Counted from the first letter of the stretch, positions 13,365 to 27,280 are shown. The stretch is 64,000 bases of DNA from Lingula anatina (GCA_051362555.1 CM120648.1:15558587-15622586); one strand, 5' to 3'. Numbers and translations are program-made. Notes: generated by a model from the sequence alone, not told the origin.

Positions 13365-16300
13365 CATGAGATCATAGCGTGTAACCGGCGGCATGGGTTG
13401 TGTTATGGCCGTAACCTTTTATTGTTTGTTTATTTTAAAGAGATCACGGTCAAACTAGTAAAACAGACGGAGATATGTCTTCGTTTTGCTGAAAAGTCAG
13501 TTTTTTGAAGGAGGATTCATATTCATAATGAAAGTGATTTCTATCACTGTCGCACCGTTTAAATGCTATTTGAACTGAACCTTTTTTTTCACAACAAAAA
13601 AGGATTGGTATAGTTTACATTATGATATCTCTGTTGATTTTGCCGGTGTTTATAGCCACAGAGGAAAATTTAATTACTGTGGGTGATCTGTTTGTGGGAA
13701 GTCATTATGGATGGAAACTTTGATGAATTTCGAGTTTCTGTAGAGATATTTTCTTCACTTTATTCCACAACATCTGCCCAAATTGTTTTGTTATATAACA
13801 CGTTGCGCTTTTTTATTTATATTATTCTCAGTAGCCTTTTTTTAAGTTTATGTTCTTATGGTGTAGTAAGTTTGTGGGAAATGAAAAGCTCGGGTTTTCG
13901 CCTGTTACGCAGAGGTCGTCAATAGAGTTCACTCCACTACGACAGTTTAATTTGTAAATGACAGTCTGTTTCGTATACGAGCTCTTATCCAATATCATTG
14001 TCCTCATTGCCTTATCCACATATCATTTCTTACGCTTCTATCTTTTTCCATAACACTGGGAATATTTTGTGTGTGTGTGTGTGGGTGGGTGGGGGGTGAC
14101 TCACTTTTACTTTCTCTTCTTCGTATTTTTAATATTTTCGACGGGAATAATAGAGCTAGAGGTACGGGTATCATACATATTATAGATTTAATCACAAACC
14201 GCGACTTCGCTCACTAGCTCTCGTCAGGTAATTGATAAGACCACCTTTAAATGCTTATTTTGAAAAAAAGATAGACCAGAGATTGTTTGTACACAAAAAT
14301 CTGTGGCGAAGGAACCCAAGCACCGTACCAAATGCCATCCACTTAACACATTAGCTAGATCTGTTGTAAAGTGTACTAAAATGAGATGCGCTTCACTTAC
14401 CTTGTACGTGTCATTGTCGGTTGTGAATTGGACTTGAAATCTAAGACGCTATTGCCTTGCTCTTCAGGATATGAAATAAAGAGCAACTCTGCCCTGTTGT
14501 CTTTCTGTTTGGCATCTATACGATTTCCCTGGATGTAAGACGGATTTCTGTGGGCGAGCAATTAAAAGCTGCACGGCTCAGAGGTGCATTTGAACTTTGA
14601 GGTTCTTGGTAGAAGTGCCCAATTGCGCATACGCACTCCCTAGCAAAAAATGTCACCTCTAACGCAATGCGTGACGTGATACAAAAAATCATGTCATGAG
14701 ACAATGTTCTTATTCACTTTCTAAAATATTTTTTTTTCACAAAAAGTTACTGATTGTACCACGAATGAGTATATTTACCATATAAAAAAAGGATATATTA
14801 GTACTTTGTACAACATTTTATGGATTGGAGGACACACCTGACGTTTCTGTTCGTAGTGTTAAAAGGAATGTTTTTTATGCCGTTGTGTTTATTTGGGCAG
14901 CACACACATAGAAATAGAAATGACAAAAACCACTCACACACGTTTGCCATGAATGACGGCAGATGTGAATAAAAAACGTATATCATTATTCAGTTTCATT
15001 TTCAGGATGAATATCAGATAAAATTGCTGATAATGTAGTAAGGGCAGAATTGAAACGGAAGACCCCCAGACAGTTGAACCATTTTGCAGACATTTACAAA
15101 CATAACGAATATCATAATTAATTATTCGATTAACAAAATATAGTTTATATTTAAAAAAAGCGCACGGTCCTGAGAGTACATCGAAAATTAATTCCTAGTG
15201 AAAGAAAAATTGACACCGATTGGACACATATTTGGATATACAAACCTAATGATACCGAAGTGCCCCTTATCGTACCAACTACAAATCCAAGCACCGCTAG
15301 AAATTGATAAATTTTAGAAGCCCTGAGGAATCGTGGATTGCAATTGTCTGGTAGAAATCGCGTCCACGTAGGATTCAGTTAAATCTTAGTCAAGATAGCC
15401 TTAAGAAAATTCGCGAGATTCTGCTTGAGGAGGAAAAATGTTGTCAAGAAACAGTTTCAATTTATTATGATTACTTTGGAAAATGCCACGAAGATTAGGA
15501 TTCAGGTATGGAGAAGATGAAGCAGGCCCGGAGCCAGCAATTTCAAAAGGGGGGTTCGTTTTCTGAAAAAGTTCTCTGAATGTCTTCTTCCATGAGCCAG
15601 ACATTTTTTTGGTACCAAAAAAAGGGCAAAATTCTCATAGTGATTTTTAGTAAGGCCTATGTCTCTAGTGCCCAAATATGTGTGATAGCCTTCTCATACT
15701 GGTAGCTTTTTGTGTGCTATCACACCTTATATAACCCCACCCCTGCAGCAGCAAGGACTTTTTCTAGATATATCTATATGGTAACAGGTATATCAATAAT
15801 TTGTATATCCTTATGGAGGCAAGGGATGGGACAATTTATTTCAAAAGTCATAAATGCATGACAATTAGTCAAGGGTCATTGATAATGGGTCAAAGGTCAC
15901 AAGAGGTCATTTTTGGGGATTTTTCATAAATTAAAGCCAAAAAGTTTTTTTTTTAATCATTATTTAAGTAATAATATGGTATTTGGCGAATGATTTGTAA
16001 AGATGGTATAGTCTTATGCTTATGAGCAAAGTTTGGAGCCTCAGCTGTCTTATTTCAGAAAATTATGTTACCAAAATATGCCATCTCTGACAGTGGGGTT
16101 AGGGGAAAGAAAATCCTTGCTACATCAATATGGTTAGAGATATATCAATGTATTATATATCTTTATGGAGTTAAGGGATGGGACAGTTAATTTCATAAAT
16201 CATTTATGCATGACAGTAAGTCAAGGGTCATTGATAATAGGTCAAAGGTCACAAGAGGTCATATTTTCCGAATTTTTTTTAAATTAAAACAAAAATCTTT

Positions 16301-17262
16301 TTAAAAATATTGTTTAGAGAAAGAAATTGGTATTTGGTGAATGATTTGAAGACATGGTATAGTTAAACATTCATTAAAAAATTTGGAGCCTAAACTGTTT
16401 TATTTAAAAAAATTATGTAACTACTCAAATGTGAACCTTACGGTCATAATTTGCCCTCTTTGCAAGTTGGGGTAGGGGAAAGAAAATGCTCACTACATTA
16501 ATATGGTGAAAGATATATCAATGCATTATATATCCTTATGGAGGAAACGGATGGGACAATAAATAACTAAAATAATTTTTGCATGGCAATAAGTCAAGGG
16601 TCATTGATAATGGGTCAGAGGTCACAAGAGGTCAAATTTTATGGATTTTTCATAAATTTAAACCAAATTTTTTAAAAAATACTGTTTGAAAAAGAAAATT
16701 GGTACTTGATGAATGATATGCATTTATTGTATAGCATCATATTTATGTAAAAAAACTTTGGAGCCTCAACAGTTTTAATTTAGGAAATTATGTAACTAGT
16801 TAAGTGTAGCCTAACAGTTAACATTTGCCAACTTTGTAAGTCGGGGTAGGAGAGAGAAAGTGCTCATCATTTGAAGGCAGTAGAAGATACAGCAACAAAA
16901 TTCAGATATTTATGCAGCTCTGGGAAAGGACATTTCAGTTTTTATTAACACATTTAAACAAAGTCATGCTTCATTAATTACAAGGGGGATCACGTGACGC
17001 ATGACTTCGGTGTAGACGTGCCTCAGATCTGCTCTGCAATTTTTACATCTTTTGCTTATCTTTTTGGACGTTGATCGCAGTGAAAAGGACACTAGTTTGT
17101 GTGTGAACTGCTAGTGCACAAGGTGATATAGCCTTTTTTGAGAAAAAACTGATCCAAAGGGACATTTGAGGATTTTTCTGTTCAAATCGACCCTCTGTTT
17201 GTGCCTAGGTAAGGCAAAGTGACTACTGCTCACCTACGTAATTACGCTAAACAAAAGTAGCC

Positions 17263-18196
17263 ATGGTCAGTAAGTGCGTCACGGGTGATGGTCAAGACGA
17301 ACAAAAGACCACGGATGTCGACACACAAAGAAAATTGGTGCAACTAAACTTTCACTCTATTACTTCTGTGACAAAATCATCTGGTGTAACTGGAAGAAAA
17401 CCACCTTCAAAGAAAAAAAAAGAACCAACAGCATGGAGTCGACAGAGAATCCAACTGCAGATGAACTCCGCACAATCCAGAATACATTGGCAGAAATCAA
17501 AAATGAGATGATACGTAAATCTGACGTTATGGAATTTCTGTCACAGCTTAAGACCGAAATAAAACAGGAACTAAAAGATGAATTTAGAGAGAGTTGGAGC
17601 AAGATCTAAAGGCCAACATAGCTGCTGAAACTGAAAAAGTTGACGCGTTGTGCCTAGAGACAGAATCACTGCGTGAAAAACTAACTAAACAGGCATCTGA
17701 AATCAGAAAGTTAACCGAGAAGCTGGAAGAAAATAGTCGCCAAACAAGAGCTGCCATACAAATGGCGTACCATAATCAGCAATACTCACAAAAGAACAAT
17801 ATAAAATGTCTAAACTGGATTGGAAAACCGAAGGAAAACCTAAGGGCCGACCTCTGCAAGATTTTCAAGGAGAAGGTCAACGTAGATATTAACCCATCAT
17901 CAATTTAAGCTATTCATCGGATCCCAGGCACTGCCGGCGGACCGCGGCCCGTTATTGCGAAATTTGTGAATACGGAATCGAAAATAGCCGTTATCAAACA
18001 CAGGCAAGCTCTAAAAAACCATTTCCTTATGAACGATCACATTACTCGCTATAATGCAGAGTTAATTTGATCACTCAAAGAGAGAGAATCGGTGCATTCT
18101 GCATGGTATTTCAACGGAAGGGTTTTTGCAGAGGATATCAAAGGGCGCCGACAGAGATTCGACCTGTTCGATAACATTGACAATAAGCTGAGATGA
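17263..18196 (+). pseudogene. L1/Tx1 ORF1 (coiled coil + RRM-like + C-terminal domain), frameshifted with in-frame stops
   Basis: Coiled-coil segment, then NQQYSQKNNIK, AIHRIPG..GPRPVIAKF, NDHIT, SAWYFNGRVF read through stops; these match the L1 ORF1p-type motif series (EQYSRRNN, AHR, PRPIIVKF). Confidence 0.8.
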
Positions 18197-18520
18197 CGAT
18201 TTAACGTGTTAGCTTAATAAAGAGCGGGGGCTGTAGCGTAAACTGTATATAGTTAGTTGTTCAATGATAGTTAATACATGTGCATGTGCATGTTGTTTCT
18301 CAATGCATCTGTGTGGTAGTCATTTGACAGGGAGTGTGTGGTTGAGTGTGTGGATGTTGATAATTAGCTGTTTGGTTATACAATGCCACAATGTATTCCC
18401 TTATAGTGTGTTTTTTTTAGGTTATCCTAGACTATTAAGCGTCTTTACACATGGGTCACATTATGCTAGACCCTGGTATATCATAGTAGAATGTAGGCTT
18501 ATAATTATATATATATATAT

Positions 18521-18634
18521 AATAATAATAATAATAATATTTATTTCTTAAAACCGCACTACACTAGCGTCTCAGTGCTGTTTACAGGTAAAATTATTAG
18601 GATTACAACTTATTATATATATAATAAAAGCTAA

Positions 18635-18709
<75 letters not shown>

Positions 18710-19868
18710 TAAAACTGGTTAAAACAGTAATGGTCTGAACAATAATACTTTTTTTTCTGATAAAATGGGAAGATATTAATTAAAATACTGTGCAAATAAG
18801 AATGTTTTTAAATCTTTTTTAAAAACCTCAACACTGTCAATAGTCCGAATGTGTGAGGGTAATTGATTCCATAAAATTGGTGCTGAAATTGAAAATGCCC
18901 TGTGGCCGTAGGTTTTGGTTGTTTTTTTATTATCATTTCTGATAAAACAAGGAGTGGAGGTGGATCTGGTAGACCTGGTGAGATTGGGTGTACTTGGATG
19001 TAGCATCGAGTTAAAATATGAGGGGCATTCACCTCTAGTGAATTTAAAAACAAACAACAGTAATTTAAAAACAATTCTCTGTCGTACAGGAAGCCAATGT
19101 AGTTCGAATAAAATGGGTGAAATGTTTGATCTGAGAGGGATTTTGGTCAGTAGTCGTGCTGCAGCATTTTGGACAGATTGCAATTTTTCAATTTGATAGG
19201 TAGGAAGACCATACAGTAGACTGTTTCCGTAGTCAAGATGTGAAGTTATAAAGGCATGGACAAGCCTCTCCATTTGACTTTTATCAAGGATGTGGGATAG
19301 TTTGGAAATTTTTTTAAGACCATAGAAAGCGGCTTTGCATTTTTTGCTGATGTCGGCAGCCATATCGCACCTATTATCAAAAACTACTCCAAGGTTTTTA
19401 ACCTCATCTTTTACCGTGACTGTACTGTTTCCAATTTCTAATAGTTCTAGTTTTTCCGCATCCTTAGAAAAACGAGAAGTAAAGTGAACTACTTCTGTTT
19501 TGCCATCATTGAAAACAAGTGAATTGGCATTAAGCCATTGGCTCAACTGAATAATACATTTCTGGATAGATGGTATTACATCTGATGGCCTGTCGCAAAC
19601 AATATAAATTTGTGAGTCGTCTGCATAGAGCATAAGGTTAAAACCGTACTCAGAGACAATGTCCTCAATTGGTGACGTGTAGAGAGTGAACAGGATGGGG
19701 CCGAGTACAGAACCTTGTGGTACACCACAAGTTAATGGTGTTGACGGTGATTTGTGAGTGCCTATTGAGACTGATTGTTCACGCTCAGTCAGGTATGATT
19801 TGAACCATGCCAATGCAATACCATCTATACCGAAACGATTTTTTAGTCTGTTGAACAAAATTTCGTGG

Positions 19869-19871
<3 letters not shown>
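18521..19871 (-). mobile_element. 5'-truncated L2-clade LINE inserted antisense in the Tx1 inter-ORF (TA)n tract
   Basis: RT C-terminal half; 3' end TGTAAACAGCACTGAG..AGTGCGGTTTTAAGAAATAAAT(ATT)n typical of L2; (TA)n on both sides (18506-18520, 19872-19931). Confidence 0.9.
18776..19871 (-). pseudogene. L2 reverse transcriptase C-terminal fragment (uninterrupted, no native start)
   Basis: GVPQGSVLGPILF, YADD, KNLGVVFD, LVHAFITSHLDY, LQSVQNAAARL, LHWLPV..RI.FK, RAFS..AP.LWN.LP, FKK.LKTFLF motifs; 360 codons without a stop. Confidence 0.92.
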
Positions 19872-19935
<64 letters not shown>

Positions 19936-19977
19936 CAACATATGTATTTATACACTTCTTTTCACTTTTAGAACCGT

Positions 19978-22900
19978 ATGAAGGACACGATAAACCCGAT
20001 AAATGTAGTCTCCTGTAATTGCCAAGGCCTGGGCACCCCGGAGAAGAGAAGAGATGTCCTAAATTTTTATAGAACTAAAAACTACCATATTTTGTGTTTG
20101 CAAGATACGCATTTTAGCACAGAAGATGGGAAACGAGCAGTTTTAGAATGGGGTTACAAGGGTTACTTTAACTCTTTTTCTACTAATGCCCGAGGGGTGG
20201 CCATTCTAATTAATAATAACTTCGAGTTTGAATTTTTCAAAGAACATAAAACAAATGATGGCAAACTCTTAGCGTTGGATATTGGTATAAACAAAGTCCG
20301 TTTTACTTTAATTAACATATATGGTCCGAATAGAGATAGCCCAGATTTCTACGAACAAATACGACAAACTATTGTCGATTTTAACAATGAAAACTTTATC
20401 ATCTGTGGAGATTTTAATCTCGTTTTAGACCCGGTGCTAGATCCAAGCAATTACCGTCATGTAAATAACCCCAGAGCAAGGAAGAAAGTAATTGAAATAA
20501 TGAATGATCTTGATATAATTGATTTTTTCAGAGTATTGTATCCAGGAGAAAGAAGGTTTACGTGGAGAAGAAGGAATCCGTTGAGGCAAGCTAGGCTCGA
20601 TTTTTTCTTGATCGCCGATAACCTACAAAATTCTGTAAACAACATTGCTATAAATGCAGGTTACCGTTCTGACCACTCATCAATAATACTAGAATTAAAT
20701 AAAAAAAATAAATTCATCAAAGGAAGGGGGACTTGGATCTTTAATAATACTCTCTTAAATGACGTGGAATATGTAACTAAAATTAAGGAAACGATATTAA
20801 AAGTTAAGAGACAGTATACAATCCCCGTATATAATTTGGAACATATAGATGACATTCCGAACGAGTCTATTACCTTCATTATTGATGACTCGCTCTTTTT
20901 TTAAACTCTTTTAATGGAAATTAAAGGCGCGACTATATCTCCTACAGAAATAAGCAAGCCTGTAAACTCGAAAATGGTTTGGAAAACTCGATAAATGAAC
21001 TGGAAACTAATCCTCAATCCCAAGATATTTCAGATCTATTGGAAGCAAAAAAGACAGAATTGAAAAACATCAGACAGAAGAAACTAAAAGGTATCCTTTT
21101 GCGAGCAAAAGCAAGGTGGGTGGAAGAAGGCGAGAAGCCGACAAAATACTTCTGTTTTCTAGAATCTAGACATTACGTGAACAAAACTATACAAAATCGA
21201 GAACTGCAAGACGGTTCTGTTATTTTTGATCAAAAGGAAATACTTAATGAAGCTAAATTATGTTATGAACGTCTGTATTCCTCAAAAAAAGAATTTGTAG
21301 AAAAAACTGATCTTCGAGTCCTTCTTGACCAATTAAACGTGCCTAAATTAAATGATACCGAAAAAGAACTGCTACAGGGAGAAATCTCCAAGACAGAACT
21401 TCTTACAGTCCTAAAGAAAATGAAGAATAACAAATCTCCGGGTTCCGACGGTTTTACAACTGAGTTTTACAAATTTTTTTGGTCAGACTTGAAAGAATTT
21501 ATGATCAGAACGGTAAATGAAGTATTTCGTAAAGAAAGGTTACCAACTAGCCAGAAACTCGGCATTATTACTTGTATCCCGAAAGGGGACAAGAATAGAA
21601 AATTTTTACAAAATTGGCGACCTATAACATTATTAAATGTATTTTATAAACTAATATCCGGATGTATAGCTGAACGAATGAAAACTGTATTAGACAAACT
21701 AATTTCCCCCTTCTCAATCTGGGTTTTAAGCTGGCCGCTATATAGGAGAAAACACACGGTTGATATATGACCTAATGCACATCACGGAAAAACGAAATAT
21801 TCCAGGCTTGCTTGTTTTGATTGATTTTGAAAAAGGTTTTCGATTCGGTTGACTGGGATTTTATAATTAATGTACTGGACTTCTTCAATTTTGGTGACGC
21901 AATTAAAAAATGGTTCGGAAGACTAAATTTCGACTGCAGCGCCTCCATTAGTCAGTGCGGTCATTTATCTGAATACTTCAGAATCTCAAGAGGATGCCGT
22001 CAGGGTGACCCCCTCTCCCCATACATTTTTATTTTATGTGCTGAAATACTTTCGTTACTGATCAAGAATAATAGTGATATTACTGGTATAGAGATAGAGA
22101 ATACAGAATTTAGAATATCAGGATATGCTGACGACACTACCCTCATTCTCAACGGCAGCAGACTCTCATTTCTTGCAGCATTTAATACACTTGATTTCTT
22201 TTCAAAAATGTCAGGTTTGGCGATAAATAAGAGTAAGACTAAACTAATTTGGATTGGCGCAAAAAAGTTTAGCAAGGAGGTTTTTCACCATGTAAGTTGG
22301 AAGATGAATTGGGTTTATGACAGTTTTAATTTGTTAGGTATTGAATTTACATTGAATTTGCAGGATATGATAAAAATTAATTTTGAACAATACATCGTAA
22401 AAATTAAAAGAATGTTGCAACAATGGGAAAGGAGACCTTTGACGCCCATTGGCAAAATCACTGTACTGAAAACCCTTGTTGTACCCATGTTAAACCACCT
22501 ATTCATTTCCCTTCCCAATCCAGATGAAACATTCATGAAAATACTAAACACAATGTTCTTTCAATTTATATGGGGCAAAAAGACGGAAAAAGTGAAAAGG
22601 AGTGTAATAACTGGTAACTATGATCAAGGTGGTCTTAAGATGTTAGATTTATTTGACTTTATTGCTTCTCTTAAATGTACTTGGATTAGACGAATTTATC
22701 AGACAGACAACATATATGCTCCACTTCTCCAAGCTATTTTTGATCGAGATGGAATAAGTTATATATTTGCTTTTGGGAATGCGTATTTAGACAAGCTTAT
22801 TAAGGATTGTAGTAACTGTTTTTGGAAAGATGTTCTGGTTTCCTGGAAATTAGTGATAACACGCTTACTAGAAAGAAAAAATATAATATCTGTGGAGCCG

Positions 22901-23797
22901 ATTTGGTATAATGATACTTTTAAGATTGGGGGCAAGCCTGTGTTTATAAGAAAATGGTTTAACAAAGGCGTCAAAACTTGTTGGCGATTTTCTTGAAAAT
23001 AACAGAATTTTTACAAAGGAAGAATTTGAACAAAAAATTAGCCTACAAAACTGTGGTGCGCTTACATTTTATGGTATACGAAATTCTATTAAGCACAGGC
23101 TTATGAATAAAACACTTAACGATGTCCTTGAGATCACCTCTCACCCTTTTTTGCCTCAAGCAATAGAGCTTCTTATCAAACATAGTACAGGCTGTAGAGA
23201 CTTTTACCAAACTCTCTACAAGCCAGCTACACGAATGATAAATGAAAAAAAAAAAAAAAATGGAATGCAAAGTCAAATTTTGATGTACATTGGAAAGATG
23301 TCTATAAGAACTGTTTCGAAACAACAAAGAACACTAAACTGCAGTGGTTCCAATACCGCATAATACATAGGCTCCTGCCTGTTAAATCATATCTAAAAAC
23401 TATAGGGATTGAGAATGATGACGTTTGTTCTCTTTGTGGTGTTGCCATGGAAGATATTCCGCATACTTTCTTCCAATGCGCGTATAGTAAAAAAATTTGG
23501 GAAGAACTGAAAGCTTAAATCTTTAACAGTACGAATAAAAACATTACCTTTAATGAAAAATGCATCCTTTTCGGCTATCCAACAAACCCAAACAGCCCAA
23601 TTAATTTTGTTATTCTATGTACGAAATTTTATATTTACAAAAGTTTCAAAAAGAAAGAATGTATGCGTCTTTCTTCACTCATAAATTACATAAAGGATCA
23701 ATTTATAATAGAAAGATTCAATGCATTAAAAAAGCTAAATTTAACAAACTTTGAAAAAAAATGGGAAAATTGGTCAGACATGTTTGAATTTAATTAG
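19978..23797 (+). pseudogene. L1/Tx1 ORF2: APE endonuclease + reverse transcriptase + C-terminal zinc finger, several frameshifts
   Basis: NCQGL, LQDTH, GDFN, RLDFFL, SDHS (APE); KSPGSDG, NWRPITLLN, GCRQGDPLSP, YADD (RT); WFQYRIIHR..CSLC..HTFFQC and EKKW at 23346-23797 read by hand. Confidence 0.93.
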
Positions 23798-23880
23798 CTT
23801 CAGCAAAGTAATATATTGCACTTTTTTTTCTTGTTTAATAATATATTGTAGTGATGGATGAATACATTGTGGTATCGATC

Positions 23881-23921
<41 letters not shown>

Positions 23922-25871
23922 ACCTATTGTTCATGAGATTATAAACCTATATTCGTGTGTGTGAGAGAGAGAGTGTGTGTAAGAGAGAGAGTGAGTGTGC
24001 AGTGTGCATTTACCATACTTGGGTATATGTACTTTCTTATACTGAAATTTTCAATTAAAAAAAAAATTAATAAAACTGTTGAGGCTCAAATTTTTTCATG
24101 AGTGTTTAACTATACCATGTCTACAAATCATTCACCAAATACCAATTTCTTTCTCTAAACAATATTTTTAAAAAAGATTTTGGTTTTAATTTATAAAAAA
24201 TCCGTAAAATATGACCTCTTGTGACCTTTGACCTATTATCAATGACCCTTGACTTACTGTCATGCATAAATGATTTATGAAATTAATTGTCCCATCCCTT
24301 ACCTCCAAAAAGATATATAAGACATTGATATATCTCTAACCATATTGATGTAGCAAGGATTTTCTTTCCCCTACCCCAACTTTCAGAGATGGCATATTTT
24401 GGTGATTAGGTTCACATTCTTTTACATAATTTTCTGAAATAAGACAGCTGAGGCTCCAAACTTTGCTCATAAGCATAAGACTATACCATCTTTACAAATC
24501 ATTCACCAAATACCATATTCTTACTTAAATAATGATTTTAAAAAAACTTTTTTCTTTTAATTTATGAAAAATCCCCAAAAATGATCTCCTGTGACCTTTG
24601 ACCCATTATCAATGACCCTTGACTAATTGTCATGCATTCAGGACTTTTGAAATAAATTGTCCCATCCCTTGCCTCCATAAGGATATACAATTTATTGATA
24701 TACCTGTTACCATATAGATAAAGTAAGTACTTTCTCTCCCCTACCCCCATCTTGAAAAAGTCCTTGCTGCTGCAGGGGTGAGGTTATATAAGGTGTAATA
24801 GCACACAAAAAGCTACCAGTATGAGAAGGCTATCACACATTTTTGGACACTAAAAATCACTATGAGAATTCGACCCTTTTTTGGTACCAATGGCTGAAAA
24901 TCAGGGGTCTCGCTCATGGACTAAAAACATCATGTACATAAATCAAATTTTACCCAGAGTGGACCTTTTCCTAGCAAAAGGGGCGGTTCTTTCTAACCCC
25001 CCGAACCTCCCCCGGATACGGGCCTGTGAAGTATCTGGATTCAGGTTTGATTATAGTACTCTTGGGTTCTAAATCTCAGTGACTGTAACTGTTTTTGATT
25101 TGGAATTGATGCGCCGGTAGCACGTGCTAGATACATGTAGGTAAGAGACGCAGATTTTGGTTTTCTGCTGGGCGCATATTTTGCTCCTACCCAGATTTCT
25201 GCCCTGCAGAGATTTGAGTGGTATCTTAATTTCCGTCAATGGGGAACTTGGTGCTTTAGCTTCTGTCGCTACTATATAGGGGGGGGGGGGAACCAAGGTT
25301 AATGTTTAGTACTGTAGAGGAGCGGAGTAGAAGAATGGTTGTTTTACAGTTAGTTTTAGATTTATGCAATTAGGGCCTTATATAGTTTAGATTGAAGTTT
25401 GGACAAGAACATTTTCAGTCGTTAGAAAAAAATGAAGAAGACTTACAACTGATAGATAGTTGCATCATTCGTTTTATTTCATTTTCCGATTGTGTTCCGA
25501 ACAATTACATAAAGAAACACAACAATACCTTAGTCGTACTAGAGGCGGAATGAACCAGTATTCTAGCTGAATATTTCAAAAACTCAAACGATGGTATGCT
25601 CTGTGCCGTAAGTGAATATCCCATTGTTATATAGGCTTAAACTTTTAAAATAAGCCTTGAATGTGATTCACTTACTAAGAAAATTTAATTAAAACCCATG
25701 TATTTATATACTTTGAAGCTGAACTTTTATAACGAGTCTGAGTCACTTACTTATTGACATCCGCTGTCGCTTGCGTGTCAGCCTCCTGGTTGAACTCCTA
25801 AACGATGTTAAAAGTTCTTAACGTTAAATACTATAGTGAAAATGAAAACATTTCCTTGTCCTTGAAATATA

Positions 25872-26060
25872 TTAAACATGAAGCAATAAATGCACGCCAC
25901 CCCCAGTTAGATCCCATTTGTTCTGGTAGTACATAACGGTGGTTGTATTATCAACCAGCCGATGAACTTGTGTGGAATCGAAGCCGTGTAATCCTTTGTC
26001 AGTTCCAAATACAGACTTGACATTTAATATGGAATATTTCAGTTTCGAAGGTATACCTAG
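25872..26060 (-). pseudogene. Possible highly decayed DIRS-type RNase H fragment
   Basis: Peptide ..QVHRLVDNTTTVMYYQNK.. resembles the DIRS RNase H motif DNTTAVAYINK; short and degenerate. Confidence 0.35.
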
Positions 26061-26349
26061 GTAAAAATACGTTCTTTTTTCAAATAACTCCAATCTCATA
26101 TAAGATTTGTGAATGTAAAAGTGTGCAGTCAGGTGTGTCACTACCAATTAACTGACTTTCATGCCTGTAGCGCTGCTGCATTATGTAATGTGCAGTGATG
26201 TAATTGGGTAGTGTTCCTTTGGGCTGATCAAAGCTTGGCTTAGGCAAAGCTTGGTTCTGTCAAAAAAGTATCCATATTTCGGCAACTACTGCATAGAAGA
26301 ATTTGAAATTTTGCATGCAAGCGGTCAGTTTTGCAGTGCGTAAGATGAG

Positions 26350-27280
26350 TCAAGTAGTGCATTACACATTTGTTAATCTAAGGCAGAATGGCGCGAAAAA
26401 GCCAGACATAACCAGACAGATCATAGCGCCAAACGGAAAGGTTCCCACAGTTTTATAGAGTAATGCCCAGACTGATGTACCTACACAGAGGTCACCCCCA
26501 GTGTATCAAAATTTTACCTACAGGGTACAGGACCCACTGTCTATCGGGATACGCTGCTGCAACTAAACAAAAAACATTTAGTCCGTTCAGAACGAGGGGT
26601 AAATTGCCACTAAAATGCGTTTTTCAAAGCCCTTAGCGAACACCAAACTGGTTTTAGCAGGTAAGAACACCAAATGACCTCCGAGGTACCCACTGTATAC
26701 AGCAAAACATCGTCGTCTGTTTCTCTCATGAATTGGGGGCCATGAACGATTCTGGGTAGAACACTGAAACTGCGTGGCTTTCTTTATTGAGGTCAGATTT
26801 CACCTGTACCGCCCAATTAGTCAAAACAGAGTTTACAGATATCCAGAAGAGGCCTACGACGAAGCATATGCCGGGTCTAAAGTGACAAGGGTGATTGACA
26901 GCGTCAATATTTGGAGTAGATTCCACATTGGTGCCAAAACACCAATATTAGTCATCGACGAAAACCTGAACCAGATCAAATAAAGGAATAATCTCGGAAC
27001 CACTTGACTATCATTTGATAGGGGGCACCTTAGGAACAAGTCTAAGTTGCACGATGAGGTTGATGGTTCACACAGAGCACTATTAATAGCAGATAACTTA
27101 CAGAACCAAGGGAATGAGCAGCTACCCTGGTCATCAAAATCGCCACATTTGAACCACATAGACAATATTTCGGTAGACCATTATTCACCAATCAACTGCC
27201 TACATGTCCTACAACAAAACTGGACCAGATTGGACAATTTTAGACCGATGCCTGGAATGCTATTCCAGATTGAACTCTAA
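26350..27280 (+). pseudogene. Degraded Tc1-family transposase
   Basis: FFIEVRFHL..NRVYR (cf. FSDESRF..RVWR), SVNIWS..KTPILVIDENLN (cf. SVMVWG..TPLVVIDGNLN) and LPWSSKSPHLNHIDNI (cf. WPxxSPDLNPIEN) in the correct order; start approximate; TIRs not found. Confidence 0.75.

Larger units (their letters stand above)
16984..24066 (+). mobile_element. Apparently full-length L1/Tx1-clade non-LTR retrotransposon, inactivated
   Basis: 5' GGGGGATCACGTGA start, ORF1, spacer, APE-RT-zinc-finger ORF2, 3' UTR with microsatellites and an A-rich tail at about 24057-24066. No convincing TSD seen. Confidence 0.9.
15586..24923. mobile_element. Non-autonomous foldback DNA element with long modular inverted arms (left about 15586-16980, right about 24067-24923)
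   Basis: The right arm is the reverse complement of the left arm (e.g. TTGGTACCAAAAAA.GGG..AATTCTCATAGTGATTTTTAG; CCATGAGC.AGAC at the ends). Arms consist of about 350-375 bp tandem subunits (GGGATGGGACA near 15823, 16175, 16548, degenerate near 16921). The right terminus reads TAGTCCATGAGC on the minus strand (Academ-like TAG start, tentative). Confidence 0.85.
15523..25026. mobile_element. Small CAGG-terminated TIR MITE split by nested insertions (halves about 15523-15585 and 24924-25026)
   Basis: TIRs CAGGCCCGGAGCC / GGATACGGGCCTG and a 5-bp direct repeat TGAAG immediately outside both ends (15518-15522, 25027-25031). Confidence 0.7.

Noticed and set aside
16970-24075. Target-site duplication for the Tx1 LINE (TTAAT.A..)
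   Set aside because: The match is short and AT-only, and the foldback arms are asymmetric across the junction, so it is not credible.
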